Virus record (IMG/VR): IMGVR_UViG_3300013121_000025
Location: 89,653 to 153,652 of that record
Length of the DNA: 64,000 nt
Source of the DNA: a virus
Taxonomy: Duplodnaviria; Caudoviricetes
Reading direction: 5' to 3' (one strand)
Position numbers and translations under genes: made by a program
The notes under the pieces: generated by a model
Databases searched by the model: none
Told to the model about the DNA's origin: nothing
The model's input: the letters and a program-made list of their open reading frames with translations, nothing else
Shown here: piece after piece, positions 9,307 to 20,100 of the stretch
Layout: every line of letters starts with the position of its first letter
Position numbering within the stretch: position 1 is the first letter of the stretch

Positions 9307-11637
9307 ATGTCAACCCCTGAAAATCCACTTAATTTTTACAGATCATATGCATATCAGCATATTTTGTTTGCAGCTAATAGTACTTCTGCATTGAAACAAT
9401 TAGTTAATGATAATAACTTTGATGTTGCTTCAACATATAACCAAAAGTCACCACGTAAGCTGAATGACATAAAGGCTAATGTACGTACAGTGACAGGTAC
9501 ACGGGGTGAGAAAAATGTTACCCTAGGACAATATGTGGTAATGTTAAATTCCACTCAAGATGTAGATTTCTTTATTGAAGATTTGTCATGGAGTTCAATT
9601 ATGATTCCGACCACTAACACTGGTTTAAGTCAAAGAAGTGTTGGTACCGAAGGAGTAATGACTATTATTGAACCCAATGGTGCAAGATTTTATAATTATT
9701 TGAATAATGTGTTTAATGCTTTAGATTGTGATCCAGCGGGCATTGTGTTCGCAATAAAAACGATTTTCATTGGATATCCTACAGAAGGCCATCCTGATAT
9801 TAATTCAAATATACCTCATGCGATTACTACTATTAGACCATTTTTATTTTCAATTTATGATATCACAAGCAAATACGATGAAACAGGTGGTACATATACT
9901 ATATCATTTTTAGGTAATGCAAACGGAACTGCTAACATCAGTGCATTTTCAACTATTCCGCCAGGAACTAATGGAGCATTAATAGGATATAACCCTGGTG
10001 AAAATAATTCATCAGGTAAAACCTTAGAAGAAGTGCTTGATACTTTTCAAAAATTTATGAATAAGAAGTCAATAGAAGCAGCTCGTGAATATCGTGATTA
10101 TATTACTAAAAAAACACCAAGAGAAGTTGACGATAAACGTTATAAAAATCGACCTGTAACATATAGAATTATTTTAGATGACGAATATAAAAACGACACA
10201 TATGTGGTTGATAATTTACCAGAATATCTTACTGACGCAACTCCAGATCAAGGGTCAGTCGTATTTTCACCAGACGAAAGTATTCAACATGCTATTGAAA
10301 CTATTATGATGATGTGTTCGAAAGTAAATGATGAGGCATCAACTGGAGTTACTAATGATTTAGGGTTAGTAGATCATTATGATTTCAAAATATTAACAGT
10401 CGTTGATTCTGCTGTCAACGAATTATCGCTAGATGAAATGTTACAATTAACAAATGAAAATACAGCTTTACCTGATGGACAATTACCTCCAGGTTTATTC
10501 GAAATTATATTCTATATTAAACGTCAACGTGTAGCAAAACACGGGCCGCAAGATATATCAAAATTAGATCAAGCTACATTACAAGCAAATACTATTGAAT
10601 TTGATTATTTGTATACAGGAAAGAATATTGATATTGTTGAATTTGATATGACTTTGAATATGGGATTTTTAATGTACATGTCATTACATCCTTATTCAAC
10701 ATTTAATACTCAATCTGAACAATTAAAGAAAAAAAGTAACATTGATGAACCAGTTGTAATTAACGGAACACAAGGTCATCAGACTTTAAGAGGTCAATCC
10801 CCTATTCCTGTCGCGAAGCCAGGAACAGACGCGGTTACTATGAGTAATTTACCAAACGGTTTAAAATATGGTAGTGCAAGAGCATTATTAAACAAAATTG
10901 CAACATTATCTGCAATTGATTGTAAGATAAAAATTCGTGGTAATCCAGACTTGTTAAATGATTATTCAATTGACCCTTTTGAAAATGTTAATGTGGGCAA
11001 GGTCCACAATAATATCTATAAGCAACCAGGGCTGGTTAAAGTTAATATAAGAATGCCTGTTGATGATGAGAAGGAAGATCCAACAGACATGTTAATGAAT
11101 GCTCGTCCTATTACTGAACCTTTTTGGTTTGAGGGTAGATATATTATTTTTGAAATTCTCCATGAATTTAAAGGTGGAGAATTTACACAAGAATTGAGTT
11201 TGATAGCATTAGTCGAAGACGATCCGTTTAAAGAGGCATTAGGAATTACTGAGAAACCAGTACCTACCACAAGTCTTACTCCTTATACTGATGTTTATTT
11301 TATTCAGAAACGACAAGTTGATTTTGAAATCGAACAAGCTGAACGTACAGCAGAAGATAAATTAACAGATGATCAAGTTGCCCTTCTTGCAGCTAAACCA
11401 GTATCATTAGAAGAAGTACGTAGAACCACAGAAGGATTTGATAAATTAAGTAAACAACAACAAATAGATAAAGTAGTAGAAAGAAATAAAGCATATAATA
11501 ACGAAATCGTAAACCGAATGAAAGCAACAGGAATTCAAGGCGAATATAATGATATAATGAAAAAAGTTAATAGTGATCGAGTCGAACAACAACAATCTAT
11601 TGAACAAGATAGAATTAAACAAGGATTATCGAAATAA
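9307..11637 (+). CDS. Putative baseplate hub protein
   Basis: 776 aa between gp53-like and gp5-like genes; IKIRGNP...FEGRYII..ILHEFKGGEFTQEL hub-type C-terminal motif. Confidence 0.6.
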   Translation: MSTPENPLNFYRSYAYQHILFAANSTSALKQLVNDNNFDVASTYNQKSPRKLNDIKANVRTVTGTRGEKNVTLGQYVVMLNSTQDVDFFIEDLSWSSIMIPTTNTGLSQRSVGTEGVMTIIEPNGARFYNYLNNVFNALDCDPAGIVFAIKTIFIGYPTEGHPDINSNIPHAITTIRPFLFSIYDITSKYDETGGTYTISFLGNANGTANISAFSTIPPGTNGALIGYNPGENNSSGKTLEEVLDTFQKFMNKKSIEAAREYRDYITKKTPREVDDKRYKNRPVTYRIILDDEYKNDTYVVDNLPEYLTDATPDQGSVVFSPDESIQHAIETIMMMCSKVNDEASTGVTNDLGLVDHYDFKILTVVDSAVNELSLDEMLQLTNENTALPDGQLPPGLFEIIFYIKRQRVAKHGPQDISKLDQATLQANTIEFDYLYTGKNIDIVEFDMTLNMGFLMYMSLHPYSTFNTQSEQLKKKSNIDEPVVINGTQGHQTLRGQSPIPVAKPGTDAVTMSNLPNGLKYGSARALLNKIATLSAIDCKIKIRGNPDLLNDYSIDPFENVNVGKVHNNIYKQPGLVKVNIRMPVDDEKEDPTDMLMNARPITEPFWFEGRYIIFEILHEFKGGEFTQELSLIALVEDDPFKEALGITEKPVPTTSLTPYTDVYFIQKRQVDFEIEQAERTAEDKLTDDQVALLAAKPVSLEEVRRTTEGFDKLSKQQQIDKVVERNKAYNNEIVNRMKATGIQGEYNDIMKKVNSDRVEQQQSIEQDRIKQGLSK

Positions 11638-13193
11638 TGTTTGGCATACATAATGAAATACATAGACAGAAAGCATCCTCAACTTCCCTCTTTGCGTTAA
11701 CAAGAGGGATTGTTGTTGATACTGATGATCCTCAACAGAAAGGACGTCTTCGTATATGCTGCCCTCGTCTAGGTGATGATCCTAAATCTCTTACCACGCA
11801 AGATGGATATCCAATTCCGTGGGCAACTTACGTATCACCATTTGCTGGTATGTCTGATGATATTGTAAGAGGTCCTAACTCTATACCATCAGATGGTCCT
11901 GTTGAATATGGATTATGGGCCGTTCCTACTGTAGGAGCAGTTGCGATCGTTGCATTAATAGATGGATATGTTGGTTCAAGAGTATGGATTGGATGTGAAC
12001 ATGGAGATAAATTATCCCACACCTTACCTCATGGACGTTATTTTAGAAGTGAAGATGGTGTCACGGGTCCTTATACTTCAACAGAACAACCTATTAATCC
12101 ATTATCTGAATCTATTAAACGAGCGTTTGGTGATCAATATGAATACATAACTCGTGGTGCAGATTATACAGTATCTGCATTGCCTGAAGGATTTATGGAT
12201 AGAGTTATTAGTGAGCGTGTTGACGATAAAGACGCTGCTATTCGTTTACCGAACGGCACTATTATTGATTACAATCAAGGGTATGGTCATCCACGAAGAG
12301 CAAATAACAAAAAAGACAGTCAAACAGTATCATTAACAACTCCTGGTTTTCACTCATTATCAATGGATGATCGAGCTGAAAATTGTCGTATAAGAATTAG
12401 AACAACGTCAGGACATCAAATTTTATTAGATGATACTAATGAACGCATATTAATCAATACTGCTGGTGGAAAATCATTTATTGAGATGGATTCAAATGGT
12501 AATATTGATATTCATGCAGAACGTCAATTATCATTTCACAGTAATAAAGATATGTCTTTTACTACTGATGGTAAAATGAGATTTAGATCACAAAAAGGTA
12601 TGCATTTTATATCAGCAAATGATGATATTCGTTTTAATACATCAGAAGATGTTCATTTCATTTCTAAAAATATGAGAACATCATTATCAGAATCTATGTA
12701 TGTTAGCACAAATAAAGAAATCAATTTTAAGAGCAATGAGAATATTAATGTCCAATCAGGATCATCAATTAATATAAAATCTACTGAGAATACAAATATA
12801 CAAGCATCTTCTACATTAAATGCAAAAGGTGGTATATTAAATCTTCAATCAAACGAAGTAACAAATGTAGTAAGTGGTGGATTAATATTACAAACTGCTC
12901 CTATTATTCACTTAAATGGACCGACAGCTGCACCAGCTGATTCTGCAGACTCTGCTAGTGACGCTGATTCTAAATTTGCGTATTCAACAATAAGAGTACC
13001 ATTTAGAAAGAATGGTAACGGTCAGCCGTGGTCACATGGTATGTTAAATTTAAGTGTTACTGATAAGGATACATCAAATAACATGATTGATTATTATGTA
13101 TATGACAATTTCGAATTTTCGTATGAAGACAGTAGAGTTGGTAAGTATGAACACGGTGAATTAATTATCCGTGGAGGCAATTGGCGTAGATGA
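11637..13193 (+). CDS. Baseplate central spike, gp5/VgrG-like (no lysozyme domain)
   Basis: OB-fold GIVVDTDDPQQKGRLRI, RIRTTSGHQILLDD, beta-helix repeats ending IHLNG. Confidence 0.85.
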   Translation: MFGIHNEIHRQKASSTSLFALTRGIVVDTDDPQQKGRLRICCPRLGDDPKSLTTQDGYPIPWATYVSPFAGMSDDIVRGPNSIPSDGPVEYGLWAVPTVGAVAIVALIDGYVGSRVWIGCEHGDKLSHTLPHGRYFRSEDGVTGPYTSTEQPINPLSESIKRAFGDQYEYITRGADYTVSALPEGFMDRVISERVDDKDAAIRLPNGTIIDYNQGYGHPRRANNKKDSQTVSLTTPGFHSLSMDDRAENCRIRIRTTSGHQILLDDTNERILINTAGGKSFIEMDSNGNIDIHAERQLSFHSNKDMSFTTDGKMRFRSQKGMHFISANDDIRFNTSEDVHFISKNMRTSLSESMYVSTNKEINFKSNENINVQSGSSINIKSTENTNIQASSTLNAKGGILNLQSNEVTNVVSGGLILQTAPIIHLNGPTAAPADSADSASDADSKFAYSTIRVPFRKNGNGQPWSHGMLNLSVTDKDTSNNMIDYYVYDNFEFSYEDSRVGKYEHGELIIRGGNWRR

Positions 13194-13202
13194 TACGTTT
13201 TA

Positions 13203-13209
13203 ATAAATA
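13203..13209 (+). promoter_or_regulatory. T4-type late promoter
   Basis: ATAAATA 21 nt upstream of ATG 13231. Confidence 0.7.
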
Positions 13210-13230
13210 TTGGATATATGAGAAACATCA

Positions 13231-13599
13231 ATGGCACGTTATAAAGGTTATTCTTCATCAAATTACGAAACAAATGGCACATTCTTATTAACTGATGTGC
13301 AACTTGTTAAAACAGATTTATTAAATCATTTGTTTACACGTCGTGGTGAACGTGTAAGGATGCCTGGATTTGGTACAACTATACCTGATTTGGTATTTGA
13401 AATGTTGGATGAGACCTTAATTGATGTTTTGTATGAACAAATTACTAACGTGGTCAATTACGATCCACGAATTTCGATGGTATCATTGAATATCACTCCA
13501 GATTTTGATACTAATTCTGTTGCTGTAGCATTAGTTGTTAGGTATGTGGAATTGAACACAACAGAAGTAATAAATTTTAATATTGAGTTCACAGGTTAA
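13231..13599 (+). CDS. Baseplate wedge subunit, gp25-like
   Basis: DLLNHLFTRRGERVRMPGFGT...YDPRI. Confidence 0.9.
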   Translation: MARYKGYSSSNYETNGTFLLTDVQLVKTDLLNHLFTRRGERVRMPGFGTTIPDLVFEMLDETLIDVLYEQITNVVNYDPRISMVSLNITPDFDTNSVAVALVVRYVELNTTEVINFNIEFTG

Positions 13600-13610
13600 G
13601 AGGAAAGCAA

Positions 13611-16600
13611 ATGACAAGACAGATAGCAAGAGCAGAAAGTTGGCAACGTGTATACGAAGCTTTCCAAGACATTAATTTTGCTGGATTTGATTATTATACT
13701 ATCAAATCTGGTATGCTTGATTATTTAAAACTACACTTTCCTGAATCATTTAATGATTACATTGAATCGAGTGAGTTAATATCAATCATTGAAATGTTCG
13801 CATATGTGTGCGAAGTGTTAGCATATCGTTTTGATATGAATGCTCACGAGAACATTCTTTCTTTAGCAGAGAGAAAGAAAGGTGTATTGCGTCTTGCTAA
13901 GTTACTCTCATATACAGCATCCAGAAACATCCCGCTTCGTGGATTAGTTAAAATAACTTCAATTTCTACTACAGAAACGTTATATGATTCACGTGGTATT
14001 AATTTAGCTAATAAGAAGATCTCATGGAATGATACTAATAATATTAACTGGAAAGAACAATTTATTCTTGTAATGAATAAAATCTTACAGCAACAATTTG
14101 GTACAGTTTATCCATCTGATAGAGTGCAAGTTGATGACATTTTGTTTGAATTATACAAACTAAACAATAATCCTCTTTCGAGCGGCGTACTAACATATAA
14201 TGTTACGGCTAATAGTAAATCAGTACCGATGGAATTGGTGCCTGTCTCATTAACAGAGTCAGGTCCTATCGAACGTAGACCAGAGCGTTCGAGTAATTTT
14301 AGTGTATTATATGCATCAGATGGAATTGGCGACTCGTCAGACTTTACTGGTTTCTTTATGTATACCAAACAAGGTTCCTTACAGCGTATTACCACAACCT
14401 TCGACGGAATTACGCCAAATCAAGTTTATAATATAGATGTTTCTAACATTAACGATATTGATGTATGGGTTAATAATGTAAACAGCGAATCTGGTGCAGT
14501 ATTAAAAGAGCGTGTTGTAGATTTATTAGGTCGTGATCTTGGTTATTTTGGTGAATGGGAGCAAGTTGATACTTCTAATTCAAAAAACATTTTATTCAAT
14601 AATAATCCTAAGCGTAATAAATTTGAAATCGAAACATTAGAAGACGATAAGGTTAAGTTAATCTTTGGTGACGGGGAATTTGCTGACATTCCTCAAGGAA
14701 CATTCGACATATGGTTCAGAACATCTTTAAACGAAGAAATTGTCGTTCCGAAATCAGAAATCGTAAACAAAACTGCTACACTTAAGTACCAAAGTGAATT
14801 AAATGTACCACAGACACTTACTATTACATTTAGTGCTGTCAATGCATTAGCAAATAATGCTCCGTCTGAATCTGTTGAATCAATTAAACGTTTAGCATCT
14901 ACAGTATATTATACACAAGATCGTATGGTAAATGGAGTAGATTATAATTCGTATATTTTACAAGATCCTTCTGTGTTAAAAGTCAAAACTGTTAACAGAA
15001 CGTTCGTTGGAGATTCAAAATATATTAAGTGGCACGATCCATCAGGATCATATGAAAATGTAAAAGTTTTTGGTGATGATTTAAGAGTATTTTATATTGA
15101 TGATACTGTTCAAGTATCAATACCAGCCTTTACACCACGCGAAGAAGTTGTTAATAATTACATTCAATCTAAATTAGGCGAATCTGGTGTACAATTGTTT
15201 CATATTACTAATAACATTCCGACAAACAGAACAACATTTACTGCTAGTGAGTTAACACAAATTAATAATACTGTACAGCAAGCGATCGATACAAATGCAG
15301 GATTTCCAGTATTAGTAGCATTTATTAAAACTGATACTAAAGGTTATTCTGGAATTAGATTTAATCCTATACCTGAATTTGCCAATGAGGACAGTTTAGA
15401 TAATGGATTAGTAACATATTTAGAATCTAATGATATTGCATGCTCTATAACGATCGACGGTATTGAATACAATTTTGATATTACAACAACAGATTTTAAT
15501 AGTACTGATCTCCCAACATTATTACGTATTCGTGACGTGTTACAAGAAAAAATAACAACTGCAATTCTTTCTACAGACAATGTGGAAATAATTGATAAAA
15601 CGATTTTCATAAAGAGTACAACAACTGGAAGCACTTCTAGTATTGTTTTAAACTTACCATTTTTACAACTTCTTACTAACGATCCTGAAGTAACTACTTC
15701 TGTTAATGGGGTTAACTCAGGAACTTGGATAGCGTACTCTACTGATGTTGAGTTATTAACTCCTTATACTTTTAGTATCGCATACACTTCGCCAAATTGG
15801 GATGTAACAAGTAGTGAAATTTCAATGCAGTGTGAAAGTCCAACTACAAAGTTTTGGAATACTAATAAGACTACAACAGTGAGTGAATTCACCTACGATG
15901 TCGAACGTGATAAGATTGTGTTACTTAAGGCAAACTATGATAAAACAGGAGAAGCATTACTTTCTTCATACATTGAATTAGATGTTGTGGGAATGGTAAA
16001 TGAAACAGATACTGAAAATATCGGATTGCCTAATATTAATCGTTTACAAGTAATATCACAAGATTTAAATAATGATTTAATTCCTGATGATCCGTATTTG
16101 TATAATGAATTATTGAATAAAACCATTTATACTCATACTGTTGCAAGTACCCCAGCTGTTGTGTATGGTCCAGTTATGATAGGGGATGAAGTATTTGAAT
16201 GGAAAGCAGGATACGATAATGTTGAAGTGTATTTAAATGATACTAAACTTAATGCTACTCAGTTTATCGAATGTGACGAAAACGGTGATCCTGTTAATAA
16301 TGGTGATCTTGTATCGTATGTTAAGATTCCTGATGCAGTATTCGAGGATAACATTGAATTGAAAAAAATCGATTATTTGTTCTTCAAACGTGATAACGTA
16401 AATTCCCCTTATGTATATTATTGTGCTGACAACGAGATTTCTTCTGATGAAGAAGATACTTGGTTTACTACACACGAAGATGATGAAGCACTAATACAAC
16501 GTTATCGTGGTCGTAATGGATTAAACTTTGCGTGGTACTATATTGCTCCTAATTATACTCTCGTTGATCCTGCTCCAACGAATATTCATGATATGTTTAT

Positions 16601-17132
16601 TCTTACAAGAGGATACTACCAACAATATAAACAATGGTTATCAGGGGCAATCTCAGAACCAACTAAACCATCAACATATGAGTTGCGCACATCTTATTCA
16701 ACATTACTTAAAAGTAAGATGTTCTCTGATACTGTAATTCCGTATAGTGGTAATGTGAAATTAATTATCGGATCTAAAGCGATACCAGAGTTACAATCAA
16801 AGATTCGCATTGTTAAATCACCAACGTCTAGATTAACTGATAATGAAATTAAAACGCAAGTGGTTAGTCACGTCAAAGATTTCTTTGATGTTAACTACTG
16901 GGAATTTGGTGAGACTTTCAGTTTCACAGAATTGTCAGCTTTGATTCATTCTAGAATGTCAAGTGATATTAAGACTATTGTAATTGTGCCATTATATTCA
17001 ACTACTGTATTTGGCGACTTGTATGAGATTAATGCTCGTGAAAATGAGATTATACAGCCTGATATATCTGTAACAGATATAGAGATCGTTGAATCCCTTA
17101 ATGCTCGCACATTGAAACAATATCCGTACTAA
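13611..17132 (+). CDS. Baseplate wedge subunit, gp6-like
   Basis: FNDYIESSE, LAERK..VLRLAKLLSY, LIFGDG, ES.ESIK..A...YYTQDRMV...DY. Confidence 0.85.
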   Translation: MTRQIARAESWQRVYEAFQDINFAGFDYYTIKSGMLDYLKLHFPESFNDYIESSELISIIEMFAYVCEVLAYRFDMNAHENILSLAERKKGVLRLAKLLSYTASRNIPLRGLVKITSISTTETLYDSRGINLANKKISWNDTNNINWKEQFILVMNKILQQQFGTVYPSDRVQVDDILFELYKLNNNPLSSGVLTYNVTANSKSVPMELVPVSLTESGPIERRPERSSNFSVLYASDGIGDSSDFTGFFMYTKQGSLQRITTTFDGITPNQVYNIDVSNINDIDVWVNNVNSESGAVLKERVVDLLGRDLGYFGEWEQVDTSNSKNILFNNNPKRNKFEIETLEDDKVKLIFGDGEFADIPQGTFDIWFRTSLNEEIVVPKSEIVNKTATLKYQSELNVPQTLTITFSAVNALANNAPSESVESIKRLASTVYYTQDRMVNGVDYNSYILQDPSVLKVKTVNRTFVGDSKYIKWHDPSGSYENVKVFGDDLRVFYIDDTVQVSIPAFTPREEVVNNYIQSKLGESGVQLFHITNNIPTNRTTFTASELTQINNTVQQAIDTNAGFPVLVAFIKTDTKGYSGIRFNPIPEFANEDSLDNGLVTYLESNDIACSITIDGIEYNFDITTTDFNSTDLPTLLRIRDVLQEKITTAILSTDNVEIIDKTIFIKSTTTGSTSSIVLNLPFLQLLTNDPEVTTSVNGVNSGTWIAYSTDVELLTPYTFSIAYTSPNWDVTSSEISMQCESPTTKFWNTNKTTTVSEFTYDVERDKIVLLKANYDKTGEALLSSYIELDVVGMVNETDTENIGLPNINRLQVISQDLNNDLIPDDPYLYNELLNKTIYTHTVASTPAVVYGPVMIGDEVFEWKAGYDNVEVYLNDTKLNATQFIECDENGDPVNNGDLVSYVKIPDAVFEDNIELKKIDYLFFKRDNVNSPYVYYCADNEISSDEEDTWFTTHEDDEALIQRYRGRNGLNFAWYYIAPNYTLVDPAPTNIHDMFILTRGYYQQYKQWLSGAISEPTKPSTYELRTSYSTLLKSKMFSDTVIPYSGNVKLIIGSKAIPELQSKIRIVKSPTSRLTDNEIKTQVVSHVKDFFDVNYWEFGETFSFTELSALIHSRMSSDIKTIVIVPLYSTTVFGDLYEINARENEIIQPDISVTDIEIVESLNARTLKQYPY

Positions 17133-17135
17133 GAA

Positions 17136-17163
17136 ATAGGGAGTTTTTAACAGAACTCCCTAT
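17136..17163. terminator. Stem-loop between gp6-like gene and the giant wedge gene
   Basis: ATAGGGAGTT...AACTCCCTAT 10-bp inverted repeat; no clear U tract. Confidence 0.5.
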
Positions 17164-17165
17164 CC

Positions 17166-17172
17166 ATAAATA
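17166..17172 (+). promoter_or_regulatory. T4-type late promoter
   Basis: ATAAATA 25 nt upstream of ATG 17198. Confidence 0.7.
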
Positions 17173-17197
17173 CATCAAATAATTTAATTGGATAGTT

Positions 17198-20100
17198 ATG
17201 TCTAATACTACAGATTACACTAAGAACAATATTAATTTGTTTGATATGCTCCCTTCGCGCCACAAAACAAACTTCAATAGAAGCTTGTTTAATAATACAT
17301 TTAATCGTGCGCTTACAAAAACAGAATTAACATATGTGTCAGGTAACATTGGCAACACAACTGTCAATCGACTTTCTGAAGACTCCCCACATAGACAAGC
17401 ATTTCAATTACAGCCGTTAGTATCAGCTATTGTATCCACTGTAGACTATACCTTGTCTTTCGAAAATTTACTTAATGAGTTATCAATGATTGGGGTTGAT
17501 ACTTCTGTATACAATCAGTGGGGTGATACAACAGTATTCAATTATGCACCACCTATTGACACGGATAAATTAATTAATTACTTAGATTATTATTGGGTGG
17601 ATTCAACTACCGCTAATCCAATTCCTCAATATATTACCATTAAAAATATTGAGAACACAATTCAAGCATTAATTTATCAGAAAGAACGTGAACTCGAACA
17701 ATTTAGTACACGTGCTATTGTTGAATTAGCATCTTCTCCATCAGCATTTGTGATTGAAGGAGACTTTACCTCAGTGTTTACCCCTTATTCTCCTTTTAGA
17801 ATTACAGGATCTACATCTAATAATGGGTTATGGGCTGTTAGTGAGAGTTATTTACTTGATAATAAAACTTATATTGTTCCTACACAAAACATCTCGTTTG
17901 TTGGAACAAATTACGGAACTATAAACTTAAATGTTCAGAGAACTCTTTTAAGAAATTTGTTAACAATTTACGGATTCTCAACTCAAACATTAACTACATT
18001 TGCTAATACAAATGCTCTTAATGATATTATTACCTATAGAAAGCAACTTTTAACAGACAAAGGAATTTCGTCTGATACCCTCGCTTCACAAGATCCATTG
18101 TTGTTAAGTTTGATTATTTCAAACTCAGGTACATTGTCAACAGAAGAACAAGCACATTTTGACACCTTTAGTAATTATTATTTAAACGATTGGTCTACAG
18201 ACAATAAATGGAAACATAAACTTGATTTAACAGTAGCAGACGCCGCTGTAGGTATTCAAGCGGTTATGCCTATTATTGAATATTCACATACTCTTGAATT
18301 GAACGAGTGGTCTTTTACTGTTCATAAGTGGAAACATAGAGAAACAGTGAACGATCCATGGGTCGAAACAACTGTGCAACCAACTCTAACACAATTAAAT
18401 AGTCCTTCATTTCAATCATTATGGTTATATGTCGGAATCGATGATGTGTATCCTGTATCACAACCTGAATTATTATCTTCACCAATAGAATTACACTCTA
18501 TTAATACAGAATTAAACTTTACAGCACCTCCTGTAAATCAATTGTATTCGTTTGTAATCAATAATCTATCAGTATTATATGGTTTTAATGATGTTAGTGT
18601 GTATATTGATGGTGAACGTCAATATGGTAATTATGAAGAAGTATACGCTCCGACGTCTCCGAGATATGTAACAGGAATTTTATTTGATGATACTATTGAA
18701 CCTCAATCTACTGCTGAAAGTGTAACTATAATTTTAGGCGCGCGTGCACAGGCTGATCAAGGTAGAAATATTCGTGTTGTAAAAATGGAAGACGGTTCTA
18801 CAAAACGTGTTAGCTTAGTGCAATATAGAAAAATTGAACAAGTAAAACGTCCAGGTGAAATTAAATATCCACAATTTAATTTATACAATCCCGATGGAAC
18901 CCACAGTAACAAAACCTCTTCTTTATTTGCATTTAAAGAAGATGCAACTTATTCGTTAAACACAAATATTAACAAACGAATTGTTAATGTTGGTAATTTG
19001 TATTCATTTGTTCAATCAATGACTGATAGTAATACATTGCAATTATATGCCTGCAAAGATTTAAATTCTGTGACAACTGATAATCCACAAGGATTTCAAA
19101 CTATATGGAGAACAGGTGTAACACCAACTACATATACTCCTACAGTTGTTGATGAGAATAGAAATTCAGCAACCTTAGATAACGGTTTTTGGGAAATGCC
19201 ATCGCAATGGACAAATAATATTGCGCATGAAAATCGTATTGATATAACATCTATTGAATTGTTGAATCATTTTAGTACAATGAATAAGCAACAAGTTATT
19301 CCACCTACTTTCTTTAGCAACAATCAAAACGCATGTCGTTTACAATTTAATATTGATTATAGTGTTGGTGGAACGATTAAAGAACATAATTTAAGTTACG
19401 ATCGTTTAATCTCGTCAATTTTTACAACAGCTAACACTCCTGTAAGTGTTATTCGTTTTGGTCAGCTACAATATGAAGGATTGTTATCATTAATTAGAAA
19501 TAGTTATGAAGATACAATTAATAGTTTGTTGTTAGAAACTTCAGAATCGTATATTACTGATCTTTCAACTTCAGTTGTCGATTATCTTATTAATGCGTTT
19601 GAGACAAATTCATTCTATTCTCAAATCTTTGGCGACACAACGATGTATAATGATGGTGTCGGAATTAAAAACTGGGTACAAACCTTGCCTGGTGCAAGAT
19701 TGAAGAATGCTGTACATCCTGTTATTTTACATGATGAGACGCGTGGTGTTTATAAATTACGTCATCACGATGATCATCTTTCAGATATCCATATCGATCA
19801 AGCAACATTGAATGATATTAAGCGCAGTTTAATTAATACTAGAATAGATGTTAGTCCGACACGTAAACGTGGATGGACTCCTTCAACTGCTGCCGATTAT
19901 GGTACTCCAGAAAGCACGTTCGGAGCAATTTCGTATACACGTTTATTGCAGAACGATTATTGGTTAGAGAATAATGGTGATTTATATCGTTTCGAAGTTG
20001 TTGCGATTCAAACAACACCTCCAAACCCTGCACTATACGAAAACAAATATTATCTTGATAGTAGTACTGGCGATGTTTACGTAAGTGATGGTACATCATG